Shown: positions 1-9,580 of the stretch, one piece after another
How the letters are laid out: each line of letters opens with the position of its first letter
How positions within the stretch are numbered: the stretch's first letter is position 1
Program-made: the position numbers and the translations under genes
The notes under the pieces: model-generated
What the model was told of the DNA's origin: nothing
Databases searched by the model: none
What the model saw: the letters and a program-made list of their open reading frames with translations, nothing else
Source of the DNA: Desulfobacterales bacterium
GTDB taxonomy: Bacteria; Desulfobacterota; Desulfobacteria; Desulfobacterales; JAFDDL01
Assembly: GCA_034003325.1 (NCBI GenBank)
Contig: JAVEYW010000006.1
Coordinates: 4,362-68,361, forward strand
Direction of reading: 5' to 3'
DNA: 64,000 nt

Positions 1-1594
1 CCGGCTCTTTCGCTACGGTTTGCGCCGGCTTGAGTTTCGCATCGATATCTTCTAATTTCAGTTGAATAAGCTGTTTTTCAGCATCCGCTGTCGCAAGGTC
101 CGCAGCTTCTTTTAGATAGCCGGCAGCGGTCTCCAAGCCTTCCGGTGTGCCATCCCCTGCGGCGATGTCCGCTTTAAACAGCAGGGCGGTGAGGTCGATC
201 CGGTTCAAATGAAGTGTAATGTTTTGGCGTGTTTCATCCGTGGCGGCAAACGGAAGCGCCTGCGCCAGAAGATTTCGGATTTGTTCAATATCCGGTGTGC
301 CCGGTGCGGTCATAAGCCTGTTTGCCCGGTTAAGGTGATTTTCAACGATAAGAGGCCCCACTTCAGCCCTTGAATAAACGGATTTGGCGTGTTCCGGAAT
401 TTCCATTCCTGGCAAAATCGCGATTCGATCCTTCCCCATGGGCGCCCATTTGCCTTGCCACACCTCCAGTGCCCCGTCCTTGGCAATAAGATAATATTCC
501 GTCGTGTTTTGATAACTGGCAAGAATAAGCAATATAAAGACGGCGGCCAGAGCCATGCCCGCGAAGATCGCTTTTTTAATCATGGGATTTAATCCTTTCC
601 ATGCATTGAACAAGGGTTTCTCTGTTTCAGCCATATTCTGAGAGACGCTGGCGATAGGTTCCGGCCGATAAATTTCCGGCTCGGGCGGCGGAGCGGATGC
701 TTCCGCATGGGGTGTTTCAGGAGGTGCGGGTGCGCTTGCCGCCAGTGTCGCCTCTGGTTCAGGTGAAATTGCTTCGGGCGCCGGCTCGGGGGCAGTTTCG
801 GCTTCGATTGGGATTGCTTCGATCACGGGTTCGGCCGCTTCCGGTTCGGAAACCGGTGCCACCGTTTCGGACTGGGGTGCGGTCTCTTCGGCAGCGGAGG
901 CTTGCGTTTCTATTATGGCTGGTTCTGAATCGGGTACGCTCAGATCAAAGGTTTTAAAGAGCAGCTTTCGGATCCGTTCGGTTTCCGCTGAATCAAGGCC
1001 CGATACGAAGGGTGGTGATTCAACAGCAGCTTTCGGTGCAGCCGGAGGCACATAGAGAGTTGCCGGTGGTTGCGTATCGAACTTTAACTTTAACAGCTCT
1101 GAGATGGGAACCGGCGGCGCCTCGGGTTCCGGCGCGGGTGCAACTGCTTCTGCGACCGGTGCTTTTGGTTCAGGGGGTGCTTCTTGGGCTGGTTCTGAAT
1201 CGGGTACGCTCAGATCAAAGGTTTTAAAGAGCAGCTTTCGGATCCGTTCGGTTTCCGCTGAATCAAGCCCCGATATAAACGGCGGAGAGGAAATGTGTTG
1301 CCGGGCCGTTTCGTCCGATGGCACGCTGAATAGGTTATCGGGTTTGACCGTATCGAATTTTAACAGGAGCAGTTCTTTTACGGATAAGGCTTTGGCTGGT
1401 TTCGGAGCCGATTCTTTGGCTTTGGTTGAGGATGCCTTTGATGTTTCCGGTGTCGCCTTTTTGGGTGTGGCCTTTGCCTTTGGTTTTTTTGAAGCCGCTG
1501 TCACCGGTTTGGTAGCTGCTTCCTGGCCGGAATCCGATTTAGCTTTTGCATTTTTCTTTTTTGAAGTCGATTTTAATAGACTTTTTTTTCCCAT
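1..1594 (-). CDS. Hypothetical single-pass membrane protein with a Lys/Ala/Pro/Glu-rich N-terminal half; partial (3' end lies beyond the window start)
   Basis: Own reverse-strand translation. ATG at 1594-1592 (MGKKSLLKSTSKKKNAKAKSD...). Open for 531 codons to position 2 with no stop, so it is absent from the ORF track. Hydrophobic helix MIKKAIFAGMALAAVFILLILASY is encoded at about 583-512. The C-terminal part is non-repetitive (..EVWQGKWAPMGKDRIAILPGMEIPEHAK..). No family recognised. Confidence 0.6.
   Translation of the reverse strand, partial: MGKKSLLKSTSKKKNAKAKSDSGQEAATKPVTAASKKPKAKATPKKATPETSKASSTKAKESAPKPAKALSVKELLLLKFDTVKPDNLFSVPSDETARQHISSPPFISGLDSAETERIRKLLFKTFDLSVPDSEPAQEAPPEPKAPVAEAVAPAPEPEAPPVPISELLKLKFDTQPPATLYVPPAAPKAAVESPPFVSGLDSAETERIRKLLFKTFDLSVPDSEPAIIETQASAAEETAPQSETVAPVSEPEAAEPVIEAIPIEAETAPEPAPEAISPEPEATLAASAPAPPETPHAEASAPPPEPEIYRPEPIASVSQNMAETEKPLFNAWKGLNPMIKKAIFAGMALAAVFILLILASYQNTTEYYLIAKDGALEVWQGKWAPMGKDRIAILPGMEIPEHAKSVYSRAEVGPLIVENHLNRANRLMTAPGTPDIEQIRNLLAQALPFAATDETRQNITLHLNRIDLTALLFKADIAAGDGTPEGLETAAGYLKEAADLATADAEKQLIQLKLEDIDAKLKPAQTVAKEP
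917..1278 (-). repeat. Intragenic duplication with a 270-bp (90-codon) period
   Basis: 917-997 is identical to 1187-1267 (81 bp). Weaker similarity continues about 10 bp further. Both copies encode SGLDSAETERIRKLLFKTFDLSVPDSEPA. Confidence 0.9.
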
Positions 1595-1810
1595 AAAAAC
1601 CTCTTTGCGTTCGTTATAGACCATGGTCTATAATTGATACATCTGTTCACAGAATATGGCTGCTTTCAAGGATGATGAAAAAAGCGTTACCGACTGAAAA
1701 AAAACTCCCGTACGGCATCTATCCGGCAACCGTATCCAAATTGAGGTTTTTTGTAAACTTATTTTTCCACTTTGAATTGGACTGAATGATCCCGGATTAC
1801 CGGAGTTGAA

Positions 1811-2638
1811 ATGAGAAATGAGCCTGAGTACAAGAAAAAACAATTAGCGGCGATTTTATCGCGTTACGACGCTATGGCCGTGGCTTTTTCCGGTGGGGTG
1901 GACAGCACTTTTTTACTGGCGATGGCGAAAAGGTGCTTGGGAAAAAAGGCGCTTGCCGTCACGGCAGACTCTCCGTTTTTTCCGCGGCGTGAACTGGTGT
2001 TTGCTAAACGCATGGCGGATAAGATAGGTGTGGACCATCTTGTCTTGCCGATAGCTGTACTCGATGACAGGGAAATAACCGATAACCCGCCGGAACGATG
2101 CTATTTTTGCAAGCGATTGATTTTTACGGCGCTTGCAACGGAGATGGCAAAACGCCGCATCGAGGTGCTGGCCCACGGCGCTAATCTGGATGATCAATCG
2201 GATTACCGACCCGGCGCGCGGGCCGCGTTTGAACTGGGGGTGGTGGCACCGCTCACCCTGGCGGGGTTGAATAAATCGGATATTCGAATTCTTTCAGAGC
2301 ATATGGGCCTTGAAACCTGGAATAAACCGGCCATGGCGTGCCTGGCCTCGCGCATTCCCTATGGCACGCGGATTGACCCGAACGCACTTGATATGGTGGA
2401 AAAAGCGGAAGCGGTGCTTCAGGATCTGGGCTTTGCCGCCTGCCGGGTTCGCCACCACGGCCGGGTGGCCAGAATTGAGATTCCTGAGGATGACCTTCAA
2501 CATATCCTTGAGGTGCCGATTCGCAACCGGGTTGTTTCACGCCTTATTGGTATCGGTTATCTTCATGTGGCGCTGGATCTTGAAGGGTACGTGCGAGGGG
2601 GGATGAATCGGGCGTGGAGCGTAGAGCATAGAACATAG
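1811..2638 (+). CDS. larE: PP-loop ATP-dependent sulfur transferase, LarE-like (TIGR00268-type)
   Basis: GGAG lies 5 nt upstream of the ATG. PP-loop SGGVDS is near the N-terminus. Conserved cysteine motif PAMACLASRIPYG. 275 aa. Confidence 0.7.
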   Translation: MRNEPEYKKKQLAAILSRYDAMAVAFSGGVDSTFLLAMAKRCLGKKALAVTADSPFFPRRELVFAKRMADKIGVDHLVLPIAVLDDREITDNPPERCYFCKRLIFTALATEMAKRRIEVLAHGANLDDQSDYRPGARAAFELGVVAPLTLAGLNKSDIRILSEHMGLETWNKPAMACLASRIPYGTRIDPNALDMVEKAEAVLQDLGFAACRVRHHGRVARIEIPEDDLQHILEVPIRNRVVSRLIGIGYLHVALDLEGYVRGGMNRAWSVEHRT

Positions 2639-2724
2639 AGCATAGAGCGTGGAGCATAGCGCTTCGCGCGGGGAGGATGGCGCGTGGCGAAAAATATTTT
2701 TCGGCCATCTCCCGATATCGGCTT

Positions 2725-4815
2725 TCAGCGCTTCGCATTCAAGTTGTTCATCATCTCATCAATATCCGTGGTCGGCAGGTTGCAGGCGAAATTTCTGCAT
2801 ACATACGCGGTGGCCTGCCGGTTTATGGGGGTCATGGCCGTTGTGAAAGGGGTCAACCGGCCAATGCCTTCATTCGGCCCATCCGGTTTAAAGATAAGGG
2901 TGGTTTCGGGCAAAAATTGTTTTTGAAGCGTGCCCAACATGCGTTTTGTATCTGGCGCATTCGGGTTTCCAACGACAACGACCTCATAGTGCGGGTGCAA
3001 CGCAAAGCTGAGCGCCGTCAGAAAATGGGTGTTTGCCGAAGGATTGCGGGAAACCAGGGTCGAAAAGGCGATCATGATGCGCTCGGCGGCTTCGCCATAG
3101 CGGGTCGAGCCGGTCAGTCCGTTTAGGCGCAGCAGGTTCGAAATGGCAACTGAATTTCCGGAGGGCAGGGCGCCGTCATGAATTTCCCGGTACTTGAACA
3201 AGGGTTCCTCGCCGTCTATGGCGGAGATAAAAAGGCCCCCCTTTTTCGAATCCTGAAACCGGCTCAGCATTTGGTCGCTCAGCGCCATGGCGGCTTCCAG
3301 GTAGTTCGCGTCAAACAGGGATTCGTAAAGCGCGATAAGCCCCCAGATGAAATAGGCATAGTCATCCAGAAGGCCTTCCCCTTGCGCCTTGCCATGACGA
3401 AAAGACTTGAGCAGGCGGCCATTTGAATCGCGAAGGGTTTTTAATATGAAATCTGCTGCTCGTTTTGCGGTCCGGGTGTAGATGGGCTCATTTAAGACGC
3501 TGCCCGCTTTTGCCAGTGCGGCAATCATCAGCCCGTTCCAGTCGGTCAGAATTTTATCATCCTTAAACGGATGAACGCGACGGCTTCGCACTGCGAGCAG
3601 CTTTTGTCGGCTTTCTTCGATTTGCGCTAACAGGACCGATTCGGACAAGTTCATCTCCTGCGCGAACGCTGTTGGCGAGTGCTTCAGGTGCGGTATGTTG
3701 ACGCCCTCCTTTTCCCCGCTGGCCTCATTGTGGAAATTTCCCTCTTCGGTCAGGCCATAGACCTTGGCAAAAAGGGCTGCCGCTTCCTCGCCGAGCACCT
3801 GTTGGACTTCCGCGAGGCGCCAGACATAAAATTTGCCTTCAACCCCTTCACTGTCCGCATCCTCGGCCGTGAAAAAGCCGCCTTCCGGCGCGCATAAGTT
3901 GTCCATGACATACATGGCGATATGTTGGACCGTTTCCCGGTAGAGCGCATTACCGGTCACTTGCCACGCTTCCAGGTATGCCATGGTGATCAGCGCTTGA
4001 TCGTAAAGCATTTTTTCAAAATGCGGCACCAGCCAGTTCGCATCTGTCGCATAGCGGTGAAAACCGAACCCGATGTGATCGAAGATGCCGCCGTTGCGCA
4101 TTTGCTGCAACGTGGTTTCCACCATTTTTAACAGGCCGGTGACGCCGCTGTGACGGTATTGTCTTAACAGAAAGGTGAGCTGATGCGGCGTGGGGAATTT
4201 GGGCGCAGTGCCAAATCCGCCATGAGCTGCATCAAAGCGGGACGAGAGCTCGTTTTCAGCCCGGGTGAGGGTGTCCTCAGTCAGGCGGTACCCGGGCGGC
4301 AGGGTGCTGGTTTCGGCCATCAGGTCGGTGATTTTATTCGCGGTTTTCAGAACATCTTCCTGACGGTTCATCCATGCCTCGTGAATTGCGGGCAACAGTT
4401 CCATCATGCCGGGTTTTCCCCAGCGGGTGGACTTCGGAAAATAGGTGCCAGCAAAAAAAGGCTTTTTGTCGGGTGTCAGCACGACCGTCATGGGCCATCC
4501 GCCGCTGCCGGTCATTTGTTGCGTGACGGCCATATAGACGGCATCCAAGTCCGGACGCTCTTCCCGGTCGACTTTGATACTCACGAAGTGCCGGTTGAGA
4601 AGTTCGGCGACCGCCTCATCCTCAAACGATTCATGGGCCATCACATGGCACCAGTGGCAGGTGGAGTAGCCGATGGAAAGGAAAATCGGCTTATTTTCCG
4701 ACTTTGCTTTCGCGAGGGCCTCGTTGCCCCAGGGGTACCAGTCCACCGGGTTTTCGGCATGCTGCAGCAGGTAAGGGCTGGTCGCGTGAATCAAACGATT
4801 TTGATAGGTAGTCAT
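2725..4815 (-). CDS. Thioredoxin-domain protein of the YyaL/DUF255 (SSP411-like) family
   Basis: The track ORF is 2725-4833. I prefer the ATG at 4815, which has AAGGAG 8 nt upstream ([10 protein letters not shown]..). N-terminal thioredoxin-like region with STCHWCHVM, followed by a long alpha/alpha-barrel-like C-terminal region typical of this family. Confidence 0.85.
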   Translation of the reverse strand: MTTYQNRLIHATSPYLLQHAENPVDWYPWGNEALAKAKSENKPIFLSIGYSTCHWCHVMAHESFEDEAVAELLNRHFVSIKVDREERPDLDAVYMAVTQQMTGSGGWPMTVVLTPDKKPFFAGTYFPKSTRWGKPGMMELLPAIHEAWMNRQEDVLKTANKITDLMAETSTLPPGYRLTEDTLTRAENELSSRFDAAHGGFGTAPKFPTPHQLTFLLRQYRHSGVTGLLKMVETTLQQMRNGGIFDHIGFGFHRYATDANWLVPHFEKMLYDQALITMAYLEAWQVTGNALYRETVQHIAMYVMDNLCAPEGGFFTAEDADSEGVEGKFYVWRLAEVQQVLGEEAAALFAKVYGLTEEGNFHNEASGEKEGVNIPHLKHSPTAFAQEMNLSESVLLAQIEESRQKLLAVRSRRVHPFKDDKILTDWNGLMIAALAKAGSVLNEPIYTRTAKRAADFILKTLRDSNGRLLKSFRHGKAQGEGLLDDYAYFIWGLIALYESLFDANYLEAAMALSDQMLSRFQDSKKGGLFISAIDGEEPLFKYREIHDGALPSGNSVAISNLLRLNGLTGSTRYGEAAERIMIAFSTLVSRNPSANTHFLTALSFALHPHYEVVVVGNPNAPDTKRMLGTLQKQFLPETTLIFKPDGPNEGIGRLTPFTTAMTPINRQATAYVCRNFACNLPTTDIDEMMNNLNAKR

Positions 4816-4866
4816 GGCATACACTCCTTGCAAATTGAATCGGCGGCGACGGGCTTTCGTTTTTTC

Positions 4867-5589
4867 TTATAATGCCGATTCAATTGCGTTTCTTGTCCGT
4901 TCCATTAGTTCCGGAAGATTCTCGATTGAATATTCCGATAGGTCGATGGGCGGATGTATGGTCAAGGTGACTCGCCCCGGCATTAGATTCAACCCATCCG
5001 GGGGCAGAATGTTTTTCGTGCCGCTGATGGAAATCGGTAAAATCGGCAAGCCCAGATCGAGTGCGAGCCGAAAAGCCCCTTTTTTAAAGGCCCCCAATCG
5101 ACCATTTCGGCTGCGGGTGCCTTCCGGGAAAAAAACGATGGAGGTGCCGCCTGTGATGTTTTCCTTGGCGGCATTAATGGATGCGAGTGCCGCCTCGGTA
5201 TTGGATCGGTCCACGATAATATGGCCGACTTTTTCACAGGCAAGCCCCAAAACGGGAACTTTTCTTAATTCCTTTTTCATGATCCATCGTAAATCCATTC
5301 CAAGCCAACCGTATACAACGAATATATCAAACAGGCTTTGGTGATTGGCCACAATGACATAAGCGCGCAGTGCGTCAAGATGGCCGCGACCCCGCACCGT
5401 TATCTGCGCCGGAGTCGCATATATATTAGATCTGGCCCAAAGCATGCCACACCATTTACCGGCAAAGCGTTTCGAGAAAAAGCTGAGCGCGATTGCCGCA
5501 GCACCGAAAATCAGCGTCGTCAGGCCAAGAAATGGAATGAAGATGAGCCATTTATAAAACTGGTATGCAAAACTAGCCGTTTTGTTCAT
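4867..5589 (-). CDS. plsC: 1-acyl-sn-glycerol-3-phosphate acyltransferase family protein
   Basis: HX4D motif (NHQSLFDI) and FPEGTRS motif. N-terminal hydrophobic helix. 240 aa. Confidence 0.85.
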   Translation of the reverse strand: MNKTASFAYQFYKWLIFIPFLGLTTLIFGAAAIALSFFSKRFAGKWCGMLWARSNIYATPAQITVRGRGHLDALRAYVIVANHQSLFDIFVVYGWLGMDLRWIMKKELRKVPVLGLACEKVGHIIVDRSNTEAALASINAAKENITGGTSIVFFPEGTRSRNGRLGAFKKGAFRLALDLGLPILPISISGTKNILPPDGLNLMPGRVTLTIHPPIDLSEYSIENLPELMERTRNAIESAL

Positions 5590-5747
5590 AACGCTTGTTT
5601 CCTAACCCGATAACGCCGGTAAGCCAACCAATCTGCGGGTCAGTTTTTTAATAACAACGAGTTGTTAAAAGCAATGCCGCCTTTTTTATAGGTTTATGTT
5701 CAATATAAGGTCGTTTTACCTGAAAGAAAAGCCGTCAAGTAAAAAGA

Positions 5748-5822
5748 TCTTTTATCAGAAACATAACCGAAAAAGCATGCCTGATTATACAGGAAGATTA
5801 TACAGGAAGCCTTGCCAACAAG
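5748..5822 (+). repeat. Degenerate relic of the intergenic repeat family (B-like), containing a 13-bp tandem duplication
   Basis: CTTTTATCAGAAACATAACCGAAAAAGCATGCC matches the 5' module (CCCTTTATCAGAAACATGTACGAAAAAGCGTG) of the copies at 53148 and 63153. GATTATACAGGAA is repeated perfectly at 5783-5795 and 5796-5808. The 3' hairpin module is absent. Confidence 0.55.
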
Positions 5823-5960
5823 TTTCTTTCCTTGTATAAACTCCGATTTATAAGCATAGTCTCGGTTGCTAACAGCCCGCTGATAACGGCCCGAACTTAC
5901 CGAGCGGTGAAGCGAAATGACGAAAAAAACCATTTCCCCGGAAAGAAAAAGGAGCGAATT

Positions 5961-6620
5961 ATGAAAGATGGAGAAAAAGGAGCGATTTTACAACGGGACA
6001 AGGAGACCTTTGCCGTTGCCCCTCATATTCCCTGTGGTGTGTTGATGCCGGCACAGATGCGCAACATTGCGGATGTGGCGGAGAAATACGGCGCTGCGGC
6101 CTTGAAAATCACCAGCGCTGCGCGGATCGCCATGGTGGGCATCAAAGGAGCGGATATTGATGCGGTGTGGAAAGATCTCGGCATTACTCCGGGACACGCG
6201 GTCGGTCTGTGCGTTCGCAGCATCAAGGCTTGTCCCGGCACCGCGTTTTGCCGTTTGGCCAAGCAGGACAGCTTGGGCATGGGTATGAAACTGGACGCAA
6301 AATATCACGGGGTGGAATTGCCCAGCAAAACCAAAATAGGCGTCAGTGGTTGCGCCAATCAATGTGCGGAAACCTGTATCAAGGACATCGGCTTGGTGGG
6401 TTCGAAAAACGGATGGAAGGTATTGGTGGGCGGTTGTGGAGCTTCCACGCCCAGATTGGCGGATACCCTGACCGAAAGCCTCAGCGATGAGGCGGCCCTT
6501 TTGCTGATTGATAAGGTCGTGGCCTATTATCGAGAAAACGGCAAGAAGCTCGAGCGGATTGGAAAAATGATTGACCGGGTAGGATTTGACGCCTTTAAGT
6601 CGGCGGTTTTGGGCGAATGA
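5961..6620 (+). CDS. Small nitrite/sulfite reductase-type siroheme/[4Fe-4S] protein (like low-molecular-weight assimilatory-type sulfite reductase)
   Basis: ATG 5961 has AAGGAG 6 nt upstream (MKDGEKGAILQRDKETF..). Cysteine pattern CPGTAFC ... GCANQCAETC matches the siroheme-[4Fe-4S] motif. About 219 aa. The track ORF start at 5832 is an upstream extension without an SD. Confidence 0.7.
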   Translation: MKDGEKGAILQRDKETFAVAPHIPCGVLMPAQMRNIADVAEKYGAAALKITSAARIAMVGIKGADIDAVWKDLGITPGHAVGLCVRSIKACPGTAFCRLAKQDSLGMGMKLDAKYHGVELPSKTKIGVSGCANQCAETCIKDIGLVGSKNGWKVLVGGCGASTPRLADTLTESLSDEAALLLIDKVVAYYRENGKKLERIGKMIDRVGFDAFKSAVLGE

Positions 6621-6701
6621 TATTTTTTCCGTTCAACGCGTTTTTTTAGACCGAATATCATTTCAGTGATTTTAATTCCCGGCGAATTCCATCATTATCT
6701 T

Positions 6702-6725
6702 CCGGCAGCAATCTCTTGCTGCCGG
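6702..6725 (+). other. Perfect stem-loop (10-bp stem, 4-nt loop) downstream of the sulfite-reductase-like gene
   Basis: CCGGCAGCAA-TCTC-TTGCTGCCGG. No U-tract follows, so terminator function is uncertain. Confidence 0.4.
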
Positions 6726-7041
6726 GAAAATTCGTTCTCTTGCGGAAATTCTAATGCTGATCTGTTAAAAGTTTCTCCTCGCGCCCGGCCATTATATTCA
6801 AAATGATAAAAACAACTTTCGCTGATGGTGCAGCAGCTTGAAATGATAACCTTTTTTCGTTATGAGCCAAATTGTCGCTTGACATCGGTTGATCGGGTTG
6901 CTAAACGATAAACGATATCAATTGATTTAAACTATCGTTTAGGTTCATTGCTGAAAAGATACATGCCAAAACCCGAATGTTCATATTTGAACGGTAAAGT
7001 TTTTTTTTGCTTTAAGCCTTATCGCCTTCTATCTTTCAATT

Positions 7042-7164
7042 TCCGGCGAAGCCGGATTTGGCCCTTTACCAGAAACATGCACGCATTTGCGTGTATATTC
7101 GCCGAACCTGAAAGATGGCTTTTATGCATCCCAGCATTCCAGCATCCGGCTTTGCCGGATTAGA
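7042..7164 (+). repeat. Intergenic repeat, subtype A, preceded by an extra H2-type hairpin
   Basis: CCGGCGAAGCCGGATTTGG followed by CCCTTTACCAGAAACATGCACGCATTTGCGTGTATATTCGCCGAACCTGAAAGATGGCTTTTATGCATCCCAGCATTCCAGCATCCGGCTTTGCCGGATTAG. About 90 percent identical to the copies at 25187, 37806 and 58524 (rc). Confidence 0.9.
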
Positions 7165-7177
7165 ATGGAGTCTCCGA

Positions 7178-7624
7178 ATGGCAGACCCGAAGGACAGAAT
7201 GGCTTCGATTCTCGAAAAGCTAAAAAAAACCGATCACAAGCGCACACCCCAACGGCTGGCGGTTGTCAAAATTCTGGCCGGCAGCAAAGGCCATCCGAGT
7301 GTCGAGCAGATTTATGAGCAACTGAAAGTCGATTTTCCGACCATGAGCCTGGCCACGGTTTATCGCAATGTCATGCTGGTAAAGTCTCTTGAGGAGGTGC
7401 TAGAGTTGGGCTTTCCGGATGGAAGCAATCGCTACGACGGCAACAAGCCCTATCCCCACCCTCATGTGATTTGTGTTCAATGCAAAAAGATTATTGATCC
7501 GGATCTGGACAGCCTTAACGATATGGCCCGGGAAGTCGCCCGGGAAACCGGTTTTCAAATTTTGACCCATCGACTTGATTTTTTTGGCATTTGTCCGGAA
7601 TGCCGGCATAAGGCCAAACCCTAA
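7178..7624 (+). CDS. perR: Fur-family metalloregulator, PerR-like by context
   Basis: ATG 7178 with GGAG at 7167-7170. Two CxxC pairs (CVQCKK, CPECRH) and a winged-helix N-terminal region typical of Fur/PerR. Located immediately upstream of catalase. The track start at 7115 lies inside the repeat element. Confidence 0.8.
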   Translation: MADPKDRMASILEKLKKTDHKRTPQRLAVVKILAGSKGHPSVEQIYEQLKVDFPTMSLATVYRNVMLVKSLEEVLELGFPDGSNRYDGNKPYPHPHVICVQCKKIIDPDLDSLNDMAREVARETGFQILTHRLDFFGICPECRHKAKP

Positions 7625-7653
7625 ATGAACCTTAAACCTAAAAGGAGGGCACC

Positions 7654-9114
7654 ATGAGTGATAAGAAAAAGTTGACAAACAACGCCGGCGCGCCGGTCAT
7701 GGACAACCAGAATGTCATGACCGCCGGTCCGCGCGGTCCCCAGCTTCTACAGGACGTTTGGTTCCTGGAAAAACTCGCTCACTTTGATCGTGAGGTGATC
7801 CCTGAGCGCCGGATGCACGCCAAAGGCTCTGGCGCCTACGGTACCTTTACGGTCACGCATGATATCACTCGCTATACCCGTGCGAAAATATTTTCCGCGG
7901 TGGGGAAAAAGACCGACCTTTTCGCTCGGTTTTCCACTGTGGCTGGTGAGCGGGGTGCCGCGGACGCCGAGCGCGATATTCGGGGCTTTGCCATCAAGTT
8001 TTACACCGAGGAGGGCAACTGGGATCTGGTGGGCAACAACACGCCCGTTTTCTTTTTGCGTGACCCCTTGAAGTTTCCGGATCTGAACCATGCCGTTAAG
8101 CGTGATCCGCGCACCAACCTGCGCAGCGCTAAAAACAACTGGGACTTCTGGACCTCCCTGCCCGAGGCCCTGCATCAGGTGACCGTGGTCATGAGCGACC
8201 GTGGCATTCCGGCAAGCTACCGCAACATGCACGGTTTCGGTAGCCACACCTTCAGCTTCATCAACGCCAAAAATGAGCGATACTGGTGCAAGTTCCACTT
8301 TCGCACCCAACAGGGCATCAAAAATCTCACCGATGCTGAGGCTGAGGCTGTAGTCGGCAAATGCCGTGAAAGCCATCAACGCGACCTTTATAATACCATA
8401 GAGAAGGGCGATTTTCCGCGCTGGACCCTGTTCGTCCAGATCATGACAGAGGAGCAGGCTGTTAAACTTCCCTACAATCCGTTTGATTTGACCAAAGTTT
8501 GGTACAAAAAGGATTATCCCCTTATCGAGGTGGGGGTCATGGAACTCAACAAAAATCCGGAAAATTACTTTGCCGAGGTGGAGCAGGCGGCCTTCAATCC
8601 GGCCAATGTGGTGCCGGGCATTAGCTTTTCACCCGACAAGATGCTCCAGGGCAGACTCTTCTCCTATGGTGATGCTCAGCGTTACCGGTTAGGGGTCAAC
8701 CATCACCTCATCCCGGTGAATAAGGCCCGCTGCCCCTTTCACAGTTTTCACCGCGACGGCCAGATGCGGGTGGACGGCAACTACGGCTCGACTCTCGCCT
8801 ATGAACCCAACAGTTATGGTGAGTGGCAGGAACAGCCCGATTTCTCCGAGCCGCCTCTGGCACTGAGCGGAGCTGCGGCTCGCTGGAATGCCCGCGAAGA
8901 TGACAGCGATTACTATACCCAGCCGGGCAAGCTCTTTCGCCAGATGAGCAAGGAGCAACAGGAGGCCCTGTTCGGCAACACCGCCCGCGCGATGGGGGAT
9001 GCGCCGGAAATGATCAAGATTCGCCACATCGGGAACTGCCTGAAGGCAGACCCGGCCTACGGTGAAGGCGTGGCGAAGGCCTTGGGTATTTCGCTGAGCA
9101 ACGTGCCGAAATAA
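7654..9114 (+). CDS. katA: Monofunctional heme catalase
   Basis: AAGGAGG upstream. N-terminal ..[59 protein letters not shown].. is canonical catalase sequence. 486 aa. Confidence 0.95.
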   Translation: MSDKKKLTNNAGAPVMDNQNVMTAGPRGPQLLQDVWFLEKLAHFDREVIPERRMHAKGSGAYGTFTVTHDITRYTRAKIFSAVGKKTDLFARFSTVAGERGAADAERDIRGFAIKFYTEEGNWDLVGNNTPVFFLRDPLKFPDLNHAVKRDPRTNLRSAKNNWDFWTSLPEALHQVTVVMSDRGIPASYRNMHGFGSHTFSFINAKNERYWCKFHFRTQQGIKNLTDAEAEAVVGKCRESHQRDLYNTIEKGDFPRWTLFVQIMTEEQAVKLPYNPFDLTKVWYKKDYPLIEVGVMELNKNPENYFAEVEQAAFNPANVVPGISFSPDKMLQGRLFSYGDAQRYRLGVNHHLIPVNKARCPFHSFHRDGQMRVDGNYGSTLAYEPNSYGEWQEQPDFSEPPLALSGAAARWNAREDDSDYYTQPGKLFRQMSKEQQEALFGNTARAMGDAPEMIKIRHIGNCLKADPAYGEGVAKALGISLSNVPK

Positions 9115-9132
9115 ATAACGGTCAGCCAACAA

Positions 9133-9172
9133 CCGGTTCAGCGGACGGTGCAGCGGATTGCCGCTGAACCGG
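9133..9172 (+). terminator. Strong stem-loop after katA (possible terminator or attenuator, no U-tract)
   Basis: A 12-bp perfect inverted repeat, CCGGTTCAGCGG (9133-9144) and CCGCTGAACCGG (9161-9172). Confidence 0.4.
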
Positions 9173-9211
9173 AATGACAGGCAATCGTTCAAAAAATGAC
9201 GGGGTTAACTC

Positions 9212-9559
9212 ATGAAAAAATTCGTCCTGTTTGTCTTCAATGGAGATCCCATGTGCTTTATCCATGTGCTGTTGAACGCATTGGACATGAAAGCCAAAGG
9301 ACATGAAACGAAACTCATCATGGAAGGGGCTTCGGTCAAACTGATTCCTGAACTGGTGAAACCCGGAAACCCCTTAACTGGATTGTGGAAAAAAAATTTG
9401 GAGGCGGGGCTTGTTGAAGGCGTTTGTAAAGCCTGCTCAAATAAACTGGGAACCCTTGAGGCTGCCAAAGCGCAGGGACTGCCCCTTCTGGATGACATGT
9501 CCGGTCATCCCGGCATGGCCGCTTATCGGGATAACGGATACGAAATCATCACCTTTTGA
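9212..9559 (+). CDS. Small DsrE/DsrF-like-fold protein (conserved hypothetical)
   Basis: 115 aa. The MKKFVLFVFNGDP.. beta-strand start and ..GVCKACSNKLG.. resemble DsrE/TusD-like small proteins. Family assignment rests on recollection only. Confidence 0.5.
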   Translation: MKKFVLFVFNGDPMCFIHVLLNALDMKAKGHETKLIMEGASVKLIPELVKPGNPLTGLWKKNLEAGLVEGVCKACSNKLGTLEAAKAQGLPLLDDMSGHPGMAAYRDNGYEIITF

Positions 9560-9580
9560 TTCGGAGTGAGGAGAATAGAC

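Noticed and set aside
697-1619. Plus-strand ORFs 697-957, 1012-1227 and 1104-1619 from the track
   Set aside because: The translations are low-complexity (Arg/Pro/Leu/Gly/Ser runs). They lie antisense to a 531-codon open frame with a TM helix and sensible composition, and are mirror images of the Lys/Ala/Pro/Glu-rich gene.
2613-2665. Short reiterated GAGCATAG / GCGTGGAGC motifs at the 3' end of larE
   Set aside because: Only a few degenerate units, partly inside the coding sequence. No hairpin or array structure. Probably local slippage noise.
4183-4872. 229-aa forward ORF
   Set aside because: Antisense to the YyaL-family gene. No SD and no motifs.
6948-7163. ORFs running through repeat elements, which give similar peptides (..RPFTRNMHAFACIFAE.., also 25093-25293, 58382-58612, 32094-32300, 24894-25259)
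   Set aside because: The peptide similarity simply reflects the DNA repeat. Frames differ between copies. The 8-bp octamer tract shifts the frame with copy number. Several copies lack a start or run into flanking genes.
7115-7177. Upstream ATG 7115 as the real perR start
   Set aside because: It lies inside the repeat element and its SD-like motif is mutated in this copy. ATG 7178 has a well-spaced GGAG, and the Fur-family alignment begins there. It is kept as a finding, not as the annotation.
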